A DNA stretch of 64,000 bases from an uncultured Acidobacteriota bacterium (GCA_963711895.1 CAVQFU010000007.1:270506-334505), one strand, 5' to 3'. Counted from the stretch's first letter, positions 1 to 9,460 are shown. Translations and numbers: made by a program. Notes: generated by a model from the sequence alone, not told the origin.

Positions 1-2115
1 ATCGAGCAGCTCATCGCCACGTGGGCCTGAGATCAGGATCGCGGCCCCTCCGGTGGCAACCTGCATCTCGAAGTCTGAATATGGGTTGTCGCCGATGTGA
101 AGGTGTCGCTTGGCGTCCACCCCGAGGTTCGATCGGACCATTTCCAGCAACTTGCCCTGGGCTGACTTGCTCACCCCTGCCTCACACGAAACGAACATCG
201 GGAGCGGAAGAGCGAAGCCGGTCGACTCGAGAACGTCCGTCAATGAGTCCGCACCGAGGTAGAAATCGCTCACAACGACAGTACGGATCCCGAGATCTAT
301 GGCGCCGGCGACCCAGCTCGCAATCTCTTTGTTCAGCTCGGCGTGTGTGATCTCGGTCTGCACCTCCCGATCGAGCGTGCCGTGAACTAGCCGGTTTGCT
401 TGGCCCTCTGAGAGCCCCGGCAATAGCGCCTCCATTGCGATGAGGAGGGCTTCTTGGGCTGTGTACTCGCCCCATCCCGCCTCAGTCCGTCGCTCGGTGG
501 CGAGTCTCGATTCGGCCGCAAGGCGCTCCTCATAGATCTGCCGAGCCGTGAGCCCGACCCTCGCGGCTGGGCGCTGCTGGGCCATGAATCGGGCGCTGTC
601 CAGCTTCACCGATTCGGCGGGGCGGTTGCGGATCACCAGGGTTTGCCAGAAATCGATCGTCAAAAGGTCGATTTCGTCGAGCGGTACCTGTGAGAGCTGA
701 TGGATGAGCTGGCGTTCGTCGCCCGGGGCCTGATACTGCAAAGGTCGGTGTCGGATCGGATCCGGATCCTCGCTCGCAACCTCGGTCGCCGCTTTGGTGA
801 GCGCTCTCCGGGTGGGCGGTCGGCCTTCCCGAATTCCTGAATCGAGATAGTGCTCGAACGGGTCGATGGCTGACAAATCGACGTCGTTGTTGAACGCCGC
901 GTAGAACGAGGAATCGAATCCCGGATCAGCGGTTGGTGTCGGCTGGTCGACTGCAGACGGACCATCGTCGACACCTTGTGGTACGAGGGTCGGGCTGTCC
1001 TTCGGTGCCTGTCGATCCCTCATGATCCAAACTCGCCTGCGGCCCTTGTGGAGCCAGGTAGGGATGGGTTCCGGTGCACGCGTGCTGGCGTTCCACAGCG
1101 ACTGCTTCACGGATGACCGGTCAGCCTGGGTGGCAACGGCAGGCACCGGAGCGTGCTCGTCGACGATCATCTCCTCCTCGATCTCCAACTGGTCGACCTC
1201 GGCAGCCGGGTCTTCAGACTTTCCCACCAGCTCTGTTAACACATGATCGCGTTCGTCGATCATGCGAGCTTGCGCTGCGAGGGCTTCGTCGCGCTCGTCG
1301 ATCATGCGGGTCTGGGCTGCGACTGCTTGATCGCGGGCATCGATCATTCCGGTCTGGAGGGCAATCACTCTGTCTCGCTCCTCGATCATCCGGGTTTGGT
1401 CCATGTATTGCCTGCGCCCGAGTTCGCTGCCCGCTCGCTCCTTGTAGTAGGCACGCCAGGTCTGGAACTCGTTCGAGAAGAGAAAGGCACGACCGGATAC
1501 GCCATTGGGGAGCAAGACACCGAGTCCGAAGTTATGGGAGAAGTCGAATCCCGGAAAGAGGTCACGAACCTCTTTCCAATAGGTCGCCGACCCGTACCCC
1601 GAATCCGGGTTCACGTCATGAAATAGGACTATCCCGTTGGGCGCCAGCTTCGGAAGCCAGCTCTCGAAGTCATGGCGGACGGATTCGTACTCGTGAAAAC
1701 CGTCGATGTGGAGGAGGTCGATGCTCTGGTCCTCGAACGCGGTCAATGCCTCATCGAATGTCATCCGGTGGACGTGGATGTCGACTGAATCGAACCATGT
1801 GATCAGGATGCCGGTGAAGGACTCGTAGACCTCCGGCCCGTAGAAGCCGGCGTCGGGGTCGCCCTCCCAGGTGTCGACTGCATGGCACTCGGTATCGATC
1901 TCGCCGTCCATGACTGCCTGGGCGAAGGCGTAGAACGAGCATCCCCAATGGGTTCCGAGTTCGATGATCCTGGTCGGTTGTTGCCACCTCACCAGGTCGT
2001 AGGCGAACCAGCGATGACCTGACCACGGCGTCGCGGCACGATCCGGGTCGGCGACGTCGCCGATGAAGGATGTATCGAAGAGACGCCACGGGCGGGAGTT
2101 GTCCGGTTCCGTCAT
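1..2115 (-). CDS. Multidomain protein with its C-terminus cut by the window edge: class I SAM-dependent methyltransferase (Methyltransf_24/TylF-like), then a coiled-coil of 14-aa repeats, then a HAD-like hydrolase domain
   Basis: My own minus-strand translation from the ATG (complement of 2113-2115) stays open to base 1. It is missing from the ORF track only because it has no stop in the window, and the track shows no competing minus ORF in this frame. Methyltransferase motifs: IIELGTHWGCSFYAFA, LLHIDGFHEYESV, GIVLFHDV. Repeat motif: QTRMIDERDEALAAQARMIDERD. HAD-like motifs I and IV: LLTIDFWQTLV and HIGDNPYSDF. Confidence 0.6.
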   Translation of the reverse strand, partial: MTEPDNSRPWRLFDTSFIGDVADPDRAATPWSGHRWFAYDLVRWQQPTRIIELGTHWGCSFYAFAQAVMDGEIDTECHAVDTWEGDPDAGFYGPEVYESFTGILITWFDSVDIHVHRMTFDEALTAFEDQSIDLLHIDGFHEYESVRHDFESWLPKLAPNGIVLFHDVNPDSGYGSATYWKEVRDLFPGFDFSHNFGLGVLLPNGVSGRAFLFSNEFQTWRAYYKERAGSELGRRQYMDQTRMIEERDRVIALQTGMIDARDQAVAAQTRMIDERDEALAAQARMIDERDHVLTELVGKSEDPAAEVDQLEIEEEMIVDEHAPVPAVATQADRSSVKQSLWNASTRAPEPIPTWLHKGRRRVWIMRDRQAPKDSPTLVPQGVDDGPSAVDQPTPTADPGFDSSFYAAFNNDVDLSAIDPFEHYLDSGIREGRPPTRRALTKAATEVASEDPDPIRHRPLQYQAPGDERQLIHQLSQVPLDEIDLLTIDFWQTLVIRNRPAESVKLDSARFMAQQRPAARVGLTARQIYEERLAAESRLATERRTEAGWGEYTAQEALLIAMEALLPGLSEGQANRLVHGTLDREVQTEITHAELNKEIASWVAGAIDLGIRTVVVSDFYLGADSLTDVLESTGFALPLPMFVSCEAGVSKSAQGKLLEMVRSNLGVDAKRHLHIGDNPYSDFEMQVATGGAAILISGPRGDELLD
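1245..1412 (-). repeat. Four tandem copies of a 42-bp (14-codon) repeat encoding the coiled-coil spacer (RMI[DE]ERD...) of the methyltransferase-HAD protein
   Basis: The hexamer gatcat recurs at 1257, 1299, 1341 and 1383, an exact 42-nt period. The flanking sequence is similar between units. Confidence 0.8.
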
Positions 2116-2156
2116 GAGCATCGGATTTAAGCGGAGCGCCTGTCGTTAGTCCCGAT

Positions 2157-4691
2157 TTGGATCCCGTTTCGATAGGGGTCGAACCGCTACGGTGCGCCGT
2201 CGTGAGTCGGCCTCCGTTGCGTGCCCTTGTGGCGATCGGCGTCGCCATCGTGGTCACACTCTCGGTCGCTCTGGTCCCGATCACCATTGTCGCTCCAGGC
2301 GGCGCGGAGCTCCGCCCCGGATGGGATCGTCTTCCGCTGTCGGTTGCTACGCGGCTAGTTATCGAACAGACCGGATCGGGTACGTCGGTGATGTCGCTCC
2401 CACGACTCGTGTTTCCGGAGTCTTTTCAGCCCGGGTCGAGCGTCGTGGACCATGGGCCCTTCGAGATCCTCGATGACGACCTCACGATGCAGGCCGAATC
2501 GCCGGGTGAGCTCGTCATCGAGGGAGTCTTTGGCGATGCGGCGATCGACGTCTTGCTCGTGACGCACCCTGTCGAGATCACGGTCACGAGATCTGTCGGC
2601 GACGAGACGAGTGAAGACACTTTCGGCTCGGGTGACCCCGACTCCGGTGCTTCCGACTTGGAGTCTCCCGCGGTGAACGAGGCGCAGGTGCACAAGACGC
2701 CGTATCTCTTCCGGGTGCCAAATGTCGGTGCCGGAGAAGAGGTGTACGTCGGTGAACAAATTCTCGACGGGGGGGCCTCGGCTGGAGTCTTGCTTGGAGC
2801 AGCCGCGAGGACAGCGGGTCGTGCGTGGCTCCTCGTCCTCGCCGCGCTGGCTGTGATCGGGGTGAGCTCATTGTTCGGAGGCTTGATCCTTCGCCTTTTT
2901 GACGTCGACTGTCCGCCATCGAGCGTCGCCGCGTGTTTCGGCTTCTGCCTGTTGGCGGTCGCCGCCAACACATTGGCCTATTTCCTGGACATCAGGGCAG
3001 TGACCTTCGTGCTTGTGGTGGCGCTGGGGACTCTGCTTTTTATTGGGCACCGCAACGGCGCGTTGCGCGAAGCCGTCAAAACATGGTCGGGCGGATTACG
3101 GACCACGCTGGTTGTCATCCCGCTCGCCTTGCTCGCCTTCTTCCCTATCCTCGCATGGGGTCCCTGGTTCGCGGGCAATTTCAAGACCGACCTCTTCGAA
3201 TACGCCACGTTGTCGAGCTTTCTCCGGGATTACTCGCTGTTCGATCTGAGATCACTTCCCGAGGCGCAATCCTCGGGCGTTCTGACTTCGGGGGCAGGTT
3301 TCATCTGGCGGTCGATCGACTCGGTGGTCGCCTCATTGGTGTCCAATCTCGGCGGTCTGACCACGATCGCCGGCTTCACGATTCTCGGTCTAGCGCTCAT
3401 GATTCTCTTCGGCATCGGCGTCGCCGACCTCGGCCATGGCCTTGGGCGAGCGCGGTACGTCGTCGTCGCCATGGCGTTGTTGAACCCGCTGTTCACCTCG
3501 CTCTATATGGAGAACTACTTCTCGCAGTATTTTCTTGTCGCATTGATCCCCGGCTTTCTCGTCACCTTCGTGTTCCTGGCGAGAACTGGCACCGGCAAGC
3601 AGATGTTTGGGGCGTCACTGGCGTTATCTGCCCAAGCAGCGGCGATGATCGCCGTGTACCCATATTTCTTCATCGTGGTGGCCGTGGCTGCTTTTCTTGC
3701 CGTGCTCTCCTTTAGTCAGTACCGGCCGGTGATTCGGGCGGCCGCGCTCCAAGTCGTCCTCATGACGGCGGTGATGGTCAATCTCGCATGGCTGACGGTG
3801 ATTCGATTCAGGGAAACTGCTATCTACGAGGAGTTGCTCGACGCCCTCACCCGCCACACGCTGCTCAGCGGTCTGGGGAGGAAGGGCGTCGCCGAGGTGC
3901 TGTTCGGCCTCAGGTCATACCACTGGAGGGACCCAGCGCTTTCCTTAGAAGGGCTTGGCGCGCTCGGAACCACGTTGGCTCGCTGGGCCCGGCTGGCGGT
4001 GGCACCGGCAGGTTGGTGGATTGCTCTGGGCATCGCTGGCCTCTTTGGGTTGTTTTTGGTGACCGATTTCCGTAAGACATTCGAATCCGTGACAGCCCGT
4101 GTCACGATCGCCGTGTTCAGTGCCTGGGTCGCCTTCGCTGGGATCTACCTCGCCCTCGGAGTTTCCTATGTGTCCTTGAAAGGAGCCTGGACCGCGGGCG
4201 CCCTGTTTCCCCTCGTCATTGTGTCGGCACATTGGCGTGTGCGGTGGCAGCGTGCGGCCCTTGGTTTCGTTGGTGTTCTTGCGATCGTCTGGGCAACGAC
4301 GGTGGTCGCCGACCGGGTCCACTGGATCATTCCCAACCCTGGCTCTGCGGTGCGTGCCTCTCATGTAGCTGCGGTTCCTGACCTGGTCGAAGTCGACCGC
4401 CAACTCGCCTTGGCCGAAGGGCAGGTCTCGATTGTGCGAGGCGAGCAGCCACTCGAAGGTTCGGACCTCGATCGCGTGCTCGCCACACAAGCGACGATCC
4501 TGATCCGGGACCACGACCTGTCGTGCACCAACTGTTCCGGGTTCGAGCCGCCGGAGAACCTCGAGTGCACCGACGCGGCACGAGGGCTGCTGGTGGTCGT
4601 CGGCCTCTCGGGAGAGCCCTCGATCTGCGACCTACCGATCGATGAGAGCGGCCAGTTCGTCGAGATTCGGGGAGTCCCCGATGGTGACTGA
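2157..4691 (+). CDS. Large polytopic membrane protein of unknown function (~840 aa), a possible polysaccharide polymerase or GT-C-like enzyme
   Basis: An 844-aa ORF with an N-terminal signal-anchor and a ~200-aa acidic extracytoplasmic segment. At least 12 hydrophobic helices and a ~130-aa C-terminal soluble domain follow. Its stop overlaps the start of the next gene (TGATG). The start codon is uncertain; the track start is TTG. Confidence 0.6.
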   Translation: MDPVSIGVEPLRCAVVSRPPLRALVAIGVAIVVTLSVALVPITIVAPGGAELRPGWDRLPLSVATRLVIEQTGSGTSVMSLPRLVFPESFQPGSSVVDHGPFEILDDDLTMQAESPGELVIEGVFGDAAIDVLLVTHPVEITVTRSVGDETSEDTFGSGDPDSGASDLESPAVNEAQVHKTPYLFRVPNVGAGEEVYVGEQILDGGASAGVLLGAAARTAGRAWLLVLAALAVIGVSSLFGGLILRLFDVDCPPSSVAACFGFCLLAVAANTLAYFLDIRAVTFVLVVALGTLLFIGHRNGALREAVKTWSGGLRTTLVVIPLALLAFFPILAWGPWFAGNFKTDLFEYATLSSFLRDYSLFDLRSLPEAQSSGVLTSGAGFIWRSIDSVVASLVSNLGGLTTIAGFTILGLALMILFGIGVADLGHGLGRARYVVVAMALLNPLFTSLYMENYFSQYFLVALIPGFLVTFVFLARTGTGKQMFGASLALSAQAAAMIAVYPYFFIVVAVAAFLAVLSFSQYRPVIRAAALQVVLMTAVMVNLAWLTVIRFRETAIYEELLDALTRHTLLSGLGRKGVAEVLFGLRSYHWRDPALSLEGLGALGTTLARWARLAVAPAGWWIALGIAGLFGLFLVTDFRKTFESVTARVTIAVFSAWVAFAGIYLALGVSYVSLKGAWTAGALFPLVIVSAHWRVRWQRAALGFVGVLAIVWATTVVADRVHWIIPNPGSAVRASHVAAVPDLVEVDRQLALAEGQVSIVRGEQPLEGSDLDRVLATQATILIRDHDLSCTNCSGFEPPENLECTDAARGLLVVVGLSGEPSICDLPIDESGQFVEIRGVPDGD

Positions 4692-5401
4692 TGGTGCGGG
4701 CACCGCCATCGCCAATAGATTGTCCTCGGACCGAGAGAAGGAGCCCGTGTATGGATGAACGTGAGGTGCAGGGCTACTTCGATTCCCGCCTCGAGGCCGA
4801 TCCCAGGCGAGAGGTCCTGTGGAAGACGCTCTGCACGTCAGTGCTCGACGATCTTGTCCCGAAGGACGGTGTGGCGGTGGAGCTGGGTGCGGCCCGTTGC
4901 GATCTCATCAACAATCTGAGGGCCGCTCGGCGGATTGCGGTGGACATTTGGCCCGGTGTCACTCAGTACGTCGCTCCTGGCGTCGAGGCGTATGTTGGTC
5001 CCGCCGCGGATCTGGGGTTCCTACCGGACGGGTCGGTGGACGCCGTCTTCGCCAGCAACCTGGTGGAGCACCTCGAGGTAGATCAGGCCGAGACCATGGT
5101 CCGAGAAGTCAGACGGGTCCTCACTGAGGAAGGCCGGCTGATCCTGATCCAGCCCAATTTTCGGATCAGCCCGGAGCGCTATTTCGACGACTACACCCAC
5201 CGCTCGATCTGGACCGACGTGAGTCTTGCGGACTTCTTACGATCCGAGGGATACACAGTGGACCGTGTGCAGGCTCGATTCCTCCCGCTGACTGTGAAAT
5301 CTCGCCTTCCGATACATCCGTTGCTCATCAAGATGTATCTGGCTTCTCCGTTCAAGCCAATGGCCGGTCAGATGCTGGTCGTGGCACGGCGAGGGAGGTA
5401 A
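4691..5401 (+). CDS. Class I SAM-dependent methyltransferase
   Basis: A 236-aa ORF with the motif VAVELGAARCDLINNL (SAM-binding glycine-rich loop region). It also has AVFASNLVEHLE and GRLILIQPN, typical of the Methyltransf_11/23 type. Its start overlaps the upstream stop. Confidence 0.8.
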   Translation: MVRAPPSPIDCPRTERRSPCMDEREVQGYFDSRLEADPRREVLWKTLCTSVLDDLVPKDGVAVELGAARCDLINNLRAARRIAVDIWPGVTQYVAPGVEAYVGPAADLGFLPDGSVDAVFASNLVEHLEVDQAETMVREVRRVLTEEGRLILIQPNFRISPERYFDDYTHRSIWTDVSLADFLRSEGYTVDRVQARFLPLTVKSRLPIHPLLIKMYLASPFKPMAGQMLVVARRGR

Positions 5402-5429
5402 CAGGCCTTCGACGCCCCCACAAGGTGAT

Positions 5430-6158
5430 CTAAGGCCGCGCTCGCGTCTTCCAAGTGCGCAGACGATGGGCGATGCTCAACCCGATCATCAGCATCCCGA
5501 GGCGGAACGCCTTGCCGAAATTTCCGGTCACGGCTGATTCCCCCACGCGCTCGAGGTATCGCACCGGCACCTGGACGAACGGAACATCCTCCGACACAAC
5601 CAGGAGCATCATCTCGAGGCCGAATGCGGAGTCGTTGCGACTGAAATGGGGCGAGATCCGATCGATCGCGGACCGCTTGAGGACTCGGAATGTGCAGCCC
5701 ACATCCGACATGCTCACCGTGTTGAAGATCAACTCGATCCCCTTGGCGACTGCCCAATTGCCCCAGCGAAGGAACGTCCCCATGTTGGCGCCGGTGTAGA
5801 TGAAGGTCGACACAGTCCTCGACCCGAAGACGACATCGGCATCGGACAGGAAGGGAAGAAGCTTCCACAGATCGTCAGGGTCAAAGGTGCCATCGGGCTC
5901 GGAGATGACGACGAGGTCATACTCCGAGGTCTCGACGAAGCCACGACGTATCGCGGCGCCGTAGCCCTGCGTCGACTCGTGCACTTCCCGGGCGCTGGTC
6001 GTGGCCACATTGGCGCTGGTGTCGGGATGGGCGTTGTTGTTAACGACCACGATCTCGTCGACGACACCAAGAGACTCGAACCCCTTGATGCACGCAGCGA
6101 TGCTGTCTGCCTCGTTGTAGGTTGGGAGTACGACAGCCAGTCGGTTGCCACGCCACAT
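5430..6158 (-). CDS. Family 2 glycosyltransferase, polyprenol-phosphate sugar synthase (Dpm1/GtrB-like)
   Basis: A 242-aa ORF with LAVVLPTYNEADSI, QGYGAAIRRG, EPDGTFDP and a C-terminal amphipathic/TM tail. Confidence 0.8.
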   Translation of the reverse strand: MWRGNRLAVVLPTYNEADSIAACIKGFESLGVVDEIVVVNNNAHPDTSANVATTSAREVHESTQGYGAAIRRGFVETSEYDLVVISEPDGTFDPDDLWKLLPFLSDADVVFGSRTVSTFIYTGANMGTFLRWGNWAVAKGIELIFNTVSMSDVGCTFRVLKRSAIDRISPHFSRNDSAFGLEMMLLVVSEDVPFVQVPVRYLERVGESAVTGNFGKAFRLGMLMIGLSIAHRLRTWKTRARP

Positions 6159-6200
6159 TTGTGATGCCCCTTCTTCTCTCCTCGGCGGCGCAGATCCTAA

Positions 6201-7043
6201 TTATCCCCTGAGAAGAAGGCGGATCGCGGTTTCGAGTGAATCTCGGTAGTGGGGCATGGGAGGAATTCCGAGCGGGGCCAGTCGCTCACTTTCGAGCACC
6301 GAGTTGTGGGGCCTTGTCGCCGGTCTGGGATAGTCAGCGGAAGAGCACGCCGTCACCAACTCCGGATCGAGTCCGGCGATATGTGCGATCTCGCGGGCGA
6401 GTCCGAACCAGGTCGTCTCTCCCTGGTTGGTGAGGTGAAGGATCCCGGAGACTCCGGTCCGGATCGAGGCCATCGTCGCAAGCGCAAGGTCGTCGGCGAA
6501 AGTTGGGTGACCACGTTGATCCTCGACGACCCGAACCTGGCCCAGAGCCATCAACTCGAGCATCTTCGAGACGAAGCTCGGGTGAGTGCCGGACATGACC
6601 CACGAGGTCCTCACGATCAGCACGTCGGCGCTGGCCTCAAGGGCGAGTTTCTCACCCTCCAGCTTGGTGCGGCCGTATGCATTGAGTCGGGTTGGTGGTG
6701 ATCGCTCTCGACGTACACGCCGGTACGCTTCTCGCCATCGAACACGTAGTCGGTGGAGAATGTGACGAGACGAGCCCCGATCCTCGCCGCGGCCTCGGCG
6801 AGGACCCCGACCGCCAGGGCATTGACCGTTCCTTGCCGTCTGCTCGTCGGTCTCGGCGGCGTCAACGGCGGTGTACGCGGCACAGTTGATGATCGCCTCT
6901 GGTCTGTCCCTACTTACCCACGTCCCAATCGCGCCCAGATCGCCCAGGTCCAGGTGCGCCCGCGTCACGAGCACAGCTTGATCGCCCAACAGTCGACCGA
7001 ACGCCGAACCCAGTTGCCCGCCGGCTCCGAGGACCGCAATCAC
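6201..7043 (-). CDS. rmlD: dTDP-4-dehydrorhamnose reductase. The ORF is open, but its central ~45 codons are out of the conserved frame (compensated frameshift pair).
   Basis: The N-terminus IAVLGAGGQLG...CAAYTAVDAAE and the C-terminus LNAYGRTKLEGE...TSWV are in the 280-aa frame. The conserved core VNALAVGVLAEAAARIGARLVTFSTDYVFDG lies in the alternative frame (track ORF 6617..6883). The GTG start overlaps the rmlA stop (GTGA). Confidence 0.8.
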   Translation of the reverse strand: MIAVLGAGGQLGSAFGRLLGDQAVLVTRAHLDLGDLGAIGTWVSRDRPEAIINCAAYTAVDAAETDEQTARNGQCPGGRGPRRGRGEDRGSSRHILHRLRVRWREAYRRVRRERSPPTRLNAYGRTKLEGEKLALEASADVLIVRTSWVMSGTHPSFVSKMLELMALGQVRVVEDQRGHPTFADDLALATMASIRTGVSGILHLTNQGETTWFGLAREIAHIAGLDPELVTACSSADYPRPATRPHNSVLESERLAPLGIPPMPHYRDSLETAIRLLLRG

Positions 7044-7915
7044 CGGGCGTATGACGTGTCTGTCAGGATGCGCTCGAGATACTCCCTGTAGGTCGATTGC
7101 GGCATCGTGGCTAGTAGGTCGCTGATGTGCTCCTCGTCGACGTAGCCGAGCCGGAGAGCGACCTCCTCGAGACAGGCGATCTTGAGTCCCTGTCTCTTCT
7201 CGATGGTGGCGATGAAATTGGCTGCGTCGAGCAGGCTGTCGTGGGTTCCTGAGTCGAGCCAGGCGATCCCGCGCCCAAGCCGCATCACCTGCAGCTGCCC
7301 CCGAGCCAGGTACTCCCTGTTGACGTCTGTGATCTCGAGCTCACCACGGTTCGACGGGGTGAGGCTCTCGGCTATGCCTACCACGTTGGTGTCGTACAGA
7401 TAGAAGCCCGGGACCGCCAGATTCGACCTGGGCCGGGCAGGTTTCTCCTCGAGTGAGAGTGCCTTCCCGTCGTCAGCGATCTCGACGACGCCGTACCGGG
7501 CAGGGTCGACCACCGGATACCCGAAGATGAGGGCACCATTCGAGAACGACGAGGTGATCTCCAGGAGCCCGAGATTCCCGTAGAAGATGTTGTCGCCGAG
7601 CATCAGGCCCACTGGTTCGCCATCGATGAACTCTTTGCCGATCAAAAAGCTCTGGGCGATGCCGCCAGGCCTTTCTTGGATCGCGTAGGAGATCGAGACG
7701 CCCCATTGAGTTCCATCCCCCAGGAGGTCCTGGAACCGGGGGACATCGTGTGGGGTGGAGATGAGCAGGATCTCCCTGATCCCCGCTTCGAGCAGGGTGG
7801 CCAACGGGTAGTAGACCATTGGCTTGTCGTACACGGGTTGTAGCTGTTTGGAGGCCACTCTTGTGATGGGGTCGAGACGACTTCCCGCCCCTCCCGCCAG
7901 GATGATCCCCTTCAT
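7040..7915 (-). CDS. rmlA: Glucose-1-phosphate thymidylyltransferase
   Basis: MKGIILAGGAGSRLDPITRVASKQLQPVYDKPMVYYPL is the canonical RmlA N-terminus. I chose the internal ATG at 7915, which overlaps the rmlB stop (ATGA). Confidence 0.9.
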   Translation of the reverse strand: MKGIILAGGAGSRLDPITRVASKQLQPVYDKPMVYYPLATLLEAGIREILLISTPHDVPRFQDLLGDGTQWGVSISYAIQERPGGIAQSFLIGKEFIDGEPVGLMLGDNIFYGNLGLLEITSSFSNGALIFGYPVVDPARYGVVEIADDGKALSLEEKPARPRSNLAVPGFYLYDTNVVGIAESLTPSNRGELEITDVNREYLARGQLQVMRLGRGIAWLDSGTHDSLLDAANFIATIEKRQGLKIACLEEVALRLGYVDEEHISDLLATMPQSTYREYLERILTDTSYAR

Positions 7916-8883
7916 CGAACCGAGGCTTTCAATTGCTCCCACCAGTCTCGTCGGTCGCGGTACCAGGCGATGGTGTCTTCAAGACGGTCCGAGAAGTCAT
8001 GAGCCGGCTCCCAGCCCAGGGCCGTCACCTTGGAGGAGTCGACGGCGTACCGGAGGTCGTGTCCGAGACGGTCCGGCACCCATTCGATCCATGACTCGTC
8101 TCTGCCCATGTGCTCGAGGATCGCACGGGTCAACTCCAGATTGGGGAGTTGGGCATTCGCTCCGATGTTGTAGATCTCCCCGGGCTCGCCTTTCTCGACC
8201 ACGACGTGCAGCGCCGAGCAGTGGTCCTCGACATAGAGCCAATCCCGCTCGTTGCGCCCGTTCCCGTAGAGAGGGACCCGTCTGTCTTGGAGGAGATTGG
8301 TAACAAAGAGGGGGATCACCTTCTCCGGGAACTGATATGGCCCGTAGTTGTTGGTGCATCGAGTGACGACCACGTCGTAGTCGTGGGTGATGTGATAGGA
8401 GCGGGCCAGCAGGTCCGAGCCCGCCTTCGATGACGAGTAGGCGGAAGACGGCTCGAGCCGCGCTTCCTCGGTGGCGAATCCCTCGGGCACTGAACCGTAG
8501 ACCTCGTCTGTAGACACGTGCACGAACCGGGGCACCTCGTGACGAAGGGCAGCATCGATAAGGACGCCGGTCCCGATCAGGTTGGTGCTGAGGAACGGCT
8601 CCGGACCGGAGATGGAGCGATCGACGTGGCTCTCGGCGGCGAAGTGGACAATCACGTCGTGCCCCGGTATCACCTCGTCGACGAGGCCCGCATCCCTGAT
8701 ATCCCCTTTCACGAACCGGTGATTGGGGAATTGTTCTAGCTCGGCCACCGTGGCCGGCACCCCGGCATAGGTGAGCAGGTCGAGATTGGTGACTGTTGCG
8801 TCGTTCTCGTTCTCGAAGATGTACCGGATGAAGTTGGAGCCGATGAACCCGGCTCCGCCGGTGACCAAATACCTGCGCCCCAT
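7912..8883 (-). CDS. rmlB: dTDP-glucose 4,6-dehydratase
   Basis: A 323-aa ORF with YLVTGGAGFIGSNF, HFAAESHVDRS, YSSSKAGSD and RCTNNYGPYQFPEK. Confidence 0.9.
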   Translation of the reverse strand: MGRRYLVTGGAGFIGSNFIRYIFENENDATVTNLDLLTYAGVPATVAELEQFPNHRFVKGDIRDAGLVDEVIPGHDVIVHFAAESHVDRSISGPEPFLSTNLIGTGVLIDAALRHEVPRFVHVSTDEVYGSVPEGFATEEARLEPSSAYSSSKAGSDLLARSYHITHDYDVVVTRCTNNYGPYQFPEKVIPLFVTNLLQDRRVPLYGNGRNERDWLYVEDHCSALHVVVEKGEPGEIYNIGANAQLPNLELTRAILEHMGRDESWIEWVPDRLGHDLRYAVDSSKVTALGWEPAHDFSDRLEDTIAWYRDRRDWWEQLKASVR

Positions 8884-8892
8884 CGTTCCTCG

Positions 8893-9435
8893 TTACTCGA
8901 AGACCTGTGCTTTGGCGAGAGTAGGTGCCGCCGCATCCTTGCCGCTCACCAGCGGATCCCTTCCGGCGAGAGGCCATTCGATCCCGATTCTCGAGTCGTC
9001 CCAGCGAACGGCCCGATCCAGGTCGGAAACGTAGGGCTCAGTGGTCTTGTACTGGACCTCCGCCCCGTCGGTGAGGGCAAGAAAGCCGTGGGCGAAGCCC
9101 TCGGGTATCCACAACTGGAGGCCGTTGGACTTGCTCAGCTCGAACCCGCGCCATTGGCGAAAGGTAGGGCCAGAGCGCCGGATGTCGACCACGACGTCGA
9201 ACACGGCGCCCCGGGTGACTCGGACCAGCTTGGCTTGAGCGGACGGCGGGAGTTGATAGTGGAGGCCGCGGAGAACGCCCCGAGCAGAAGTGGAATGGTT
9301 GTCCTGCACGAAGCGAACCTCCCGGCCCACCCAGTCGTCGAAAGCCGTTTCGTTGTACGACTCGTAGAACGAGCCTCGGTCGTCGGAGTGGACCACTGGC
9401 TCGAAGATCCGGACCTCGTCATCGATGGTGGTCAC
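8893..9435 (-). CDS. rmlC: dTDP-4-dehydrorhamnose 3,5-epimerase
   Basis: DDRGSFYESY, VQDNHSTS..GVLRGLHYQ and AKLVRVTRGAVFDVVVDIR are present. I prefer the GTG start at 9435 (VTTIDDEVRIFEP) over the track start at 9513, which would overlap the upstream gene. Confidence 0.8.
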   Translation of the reverse strand: MTTIDDEVRIFEPVVHSDDRGSFYESYNETAFDDWVGREVRFVQDNHSTSARGVLRGLHYQLPPSAQAKLVRVTRGAVFDVVVDIRRSGPTFRQWRGFELSKSNGLQLWIPEGFAHGFLALTDGAEVQYKTTEPYVSDLDRAVRWDDSRIGIEWPLAGRDPLVSGKDAAAPTLAKAQVFE

Positions 9436-9460
9436 TGCGGGCAGGTTAGGACGCAAGGGC

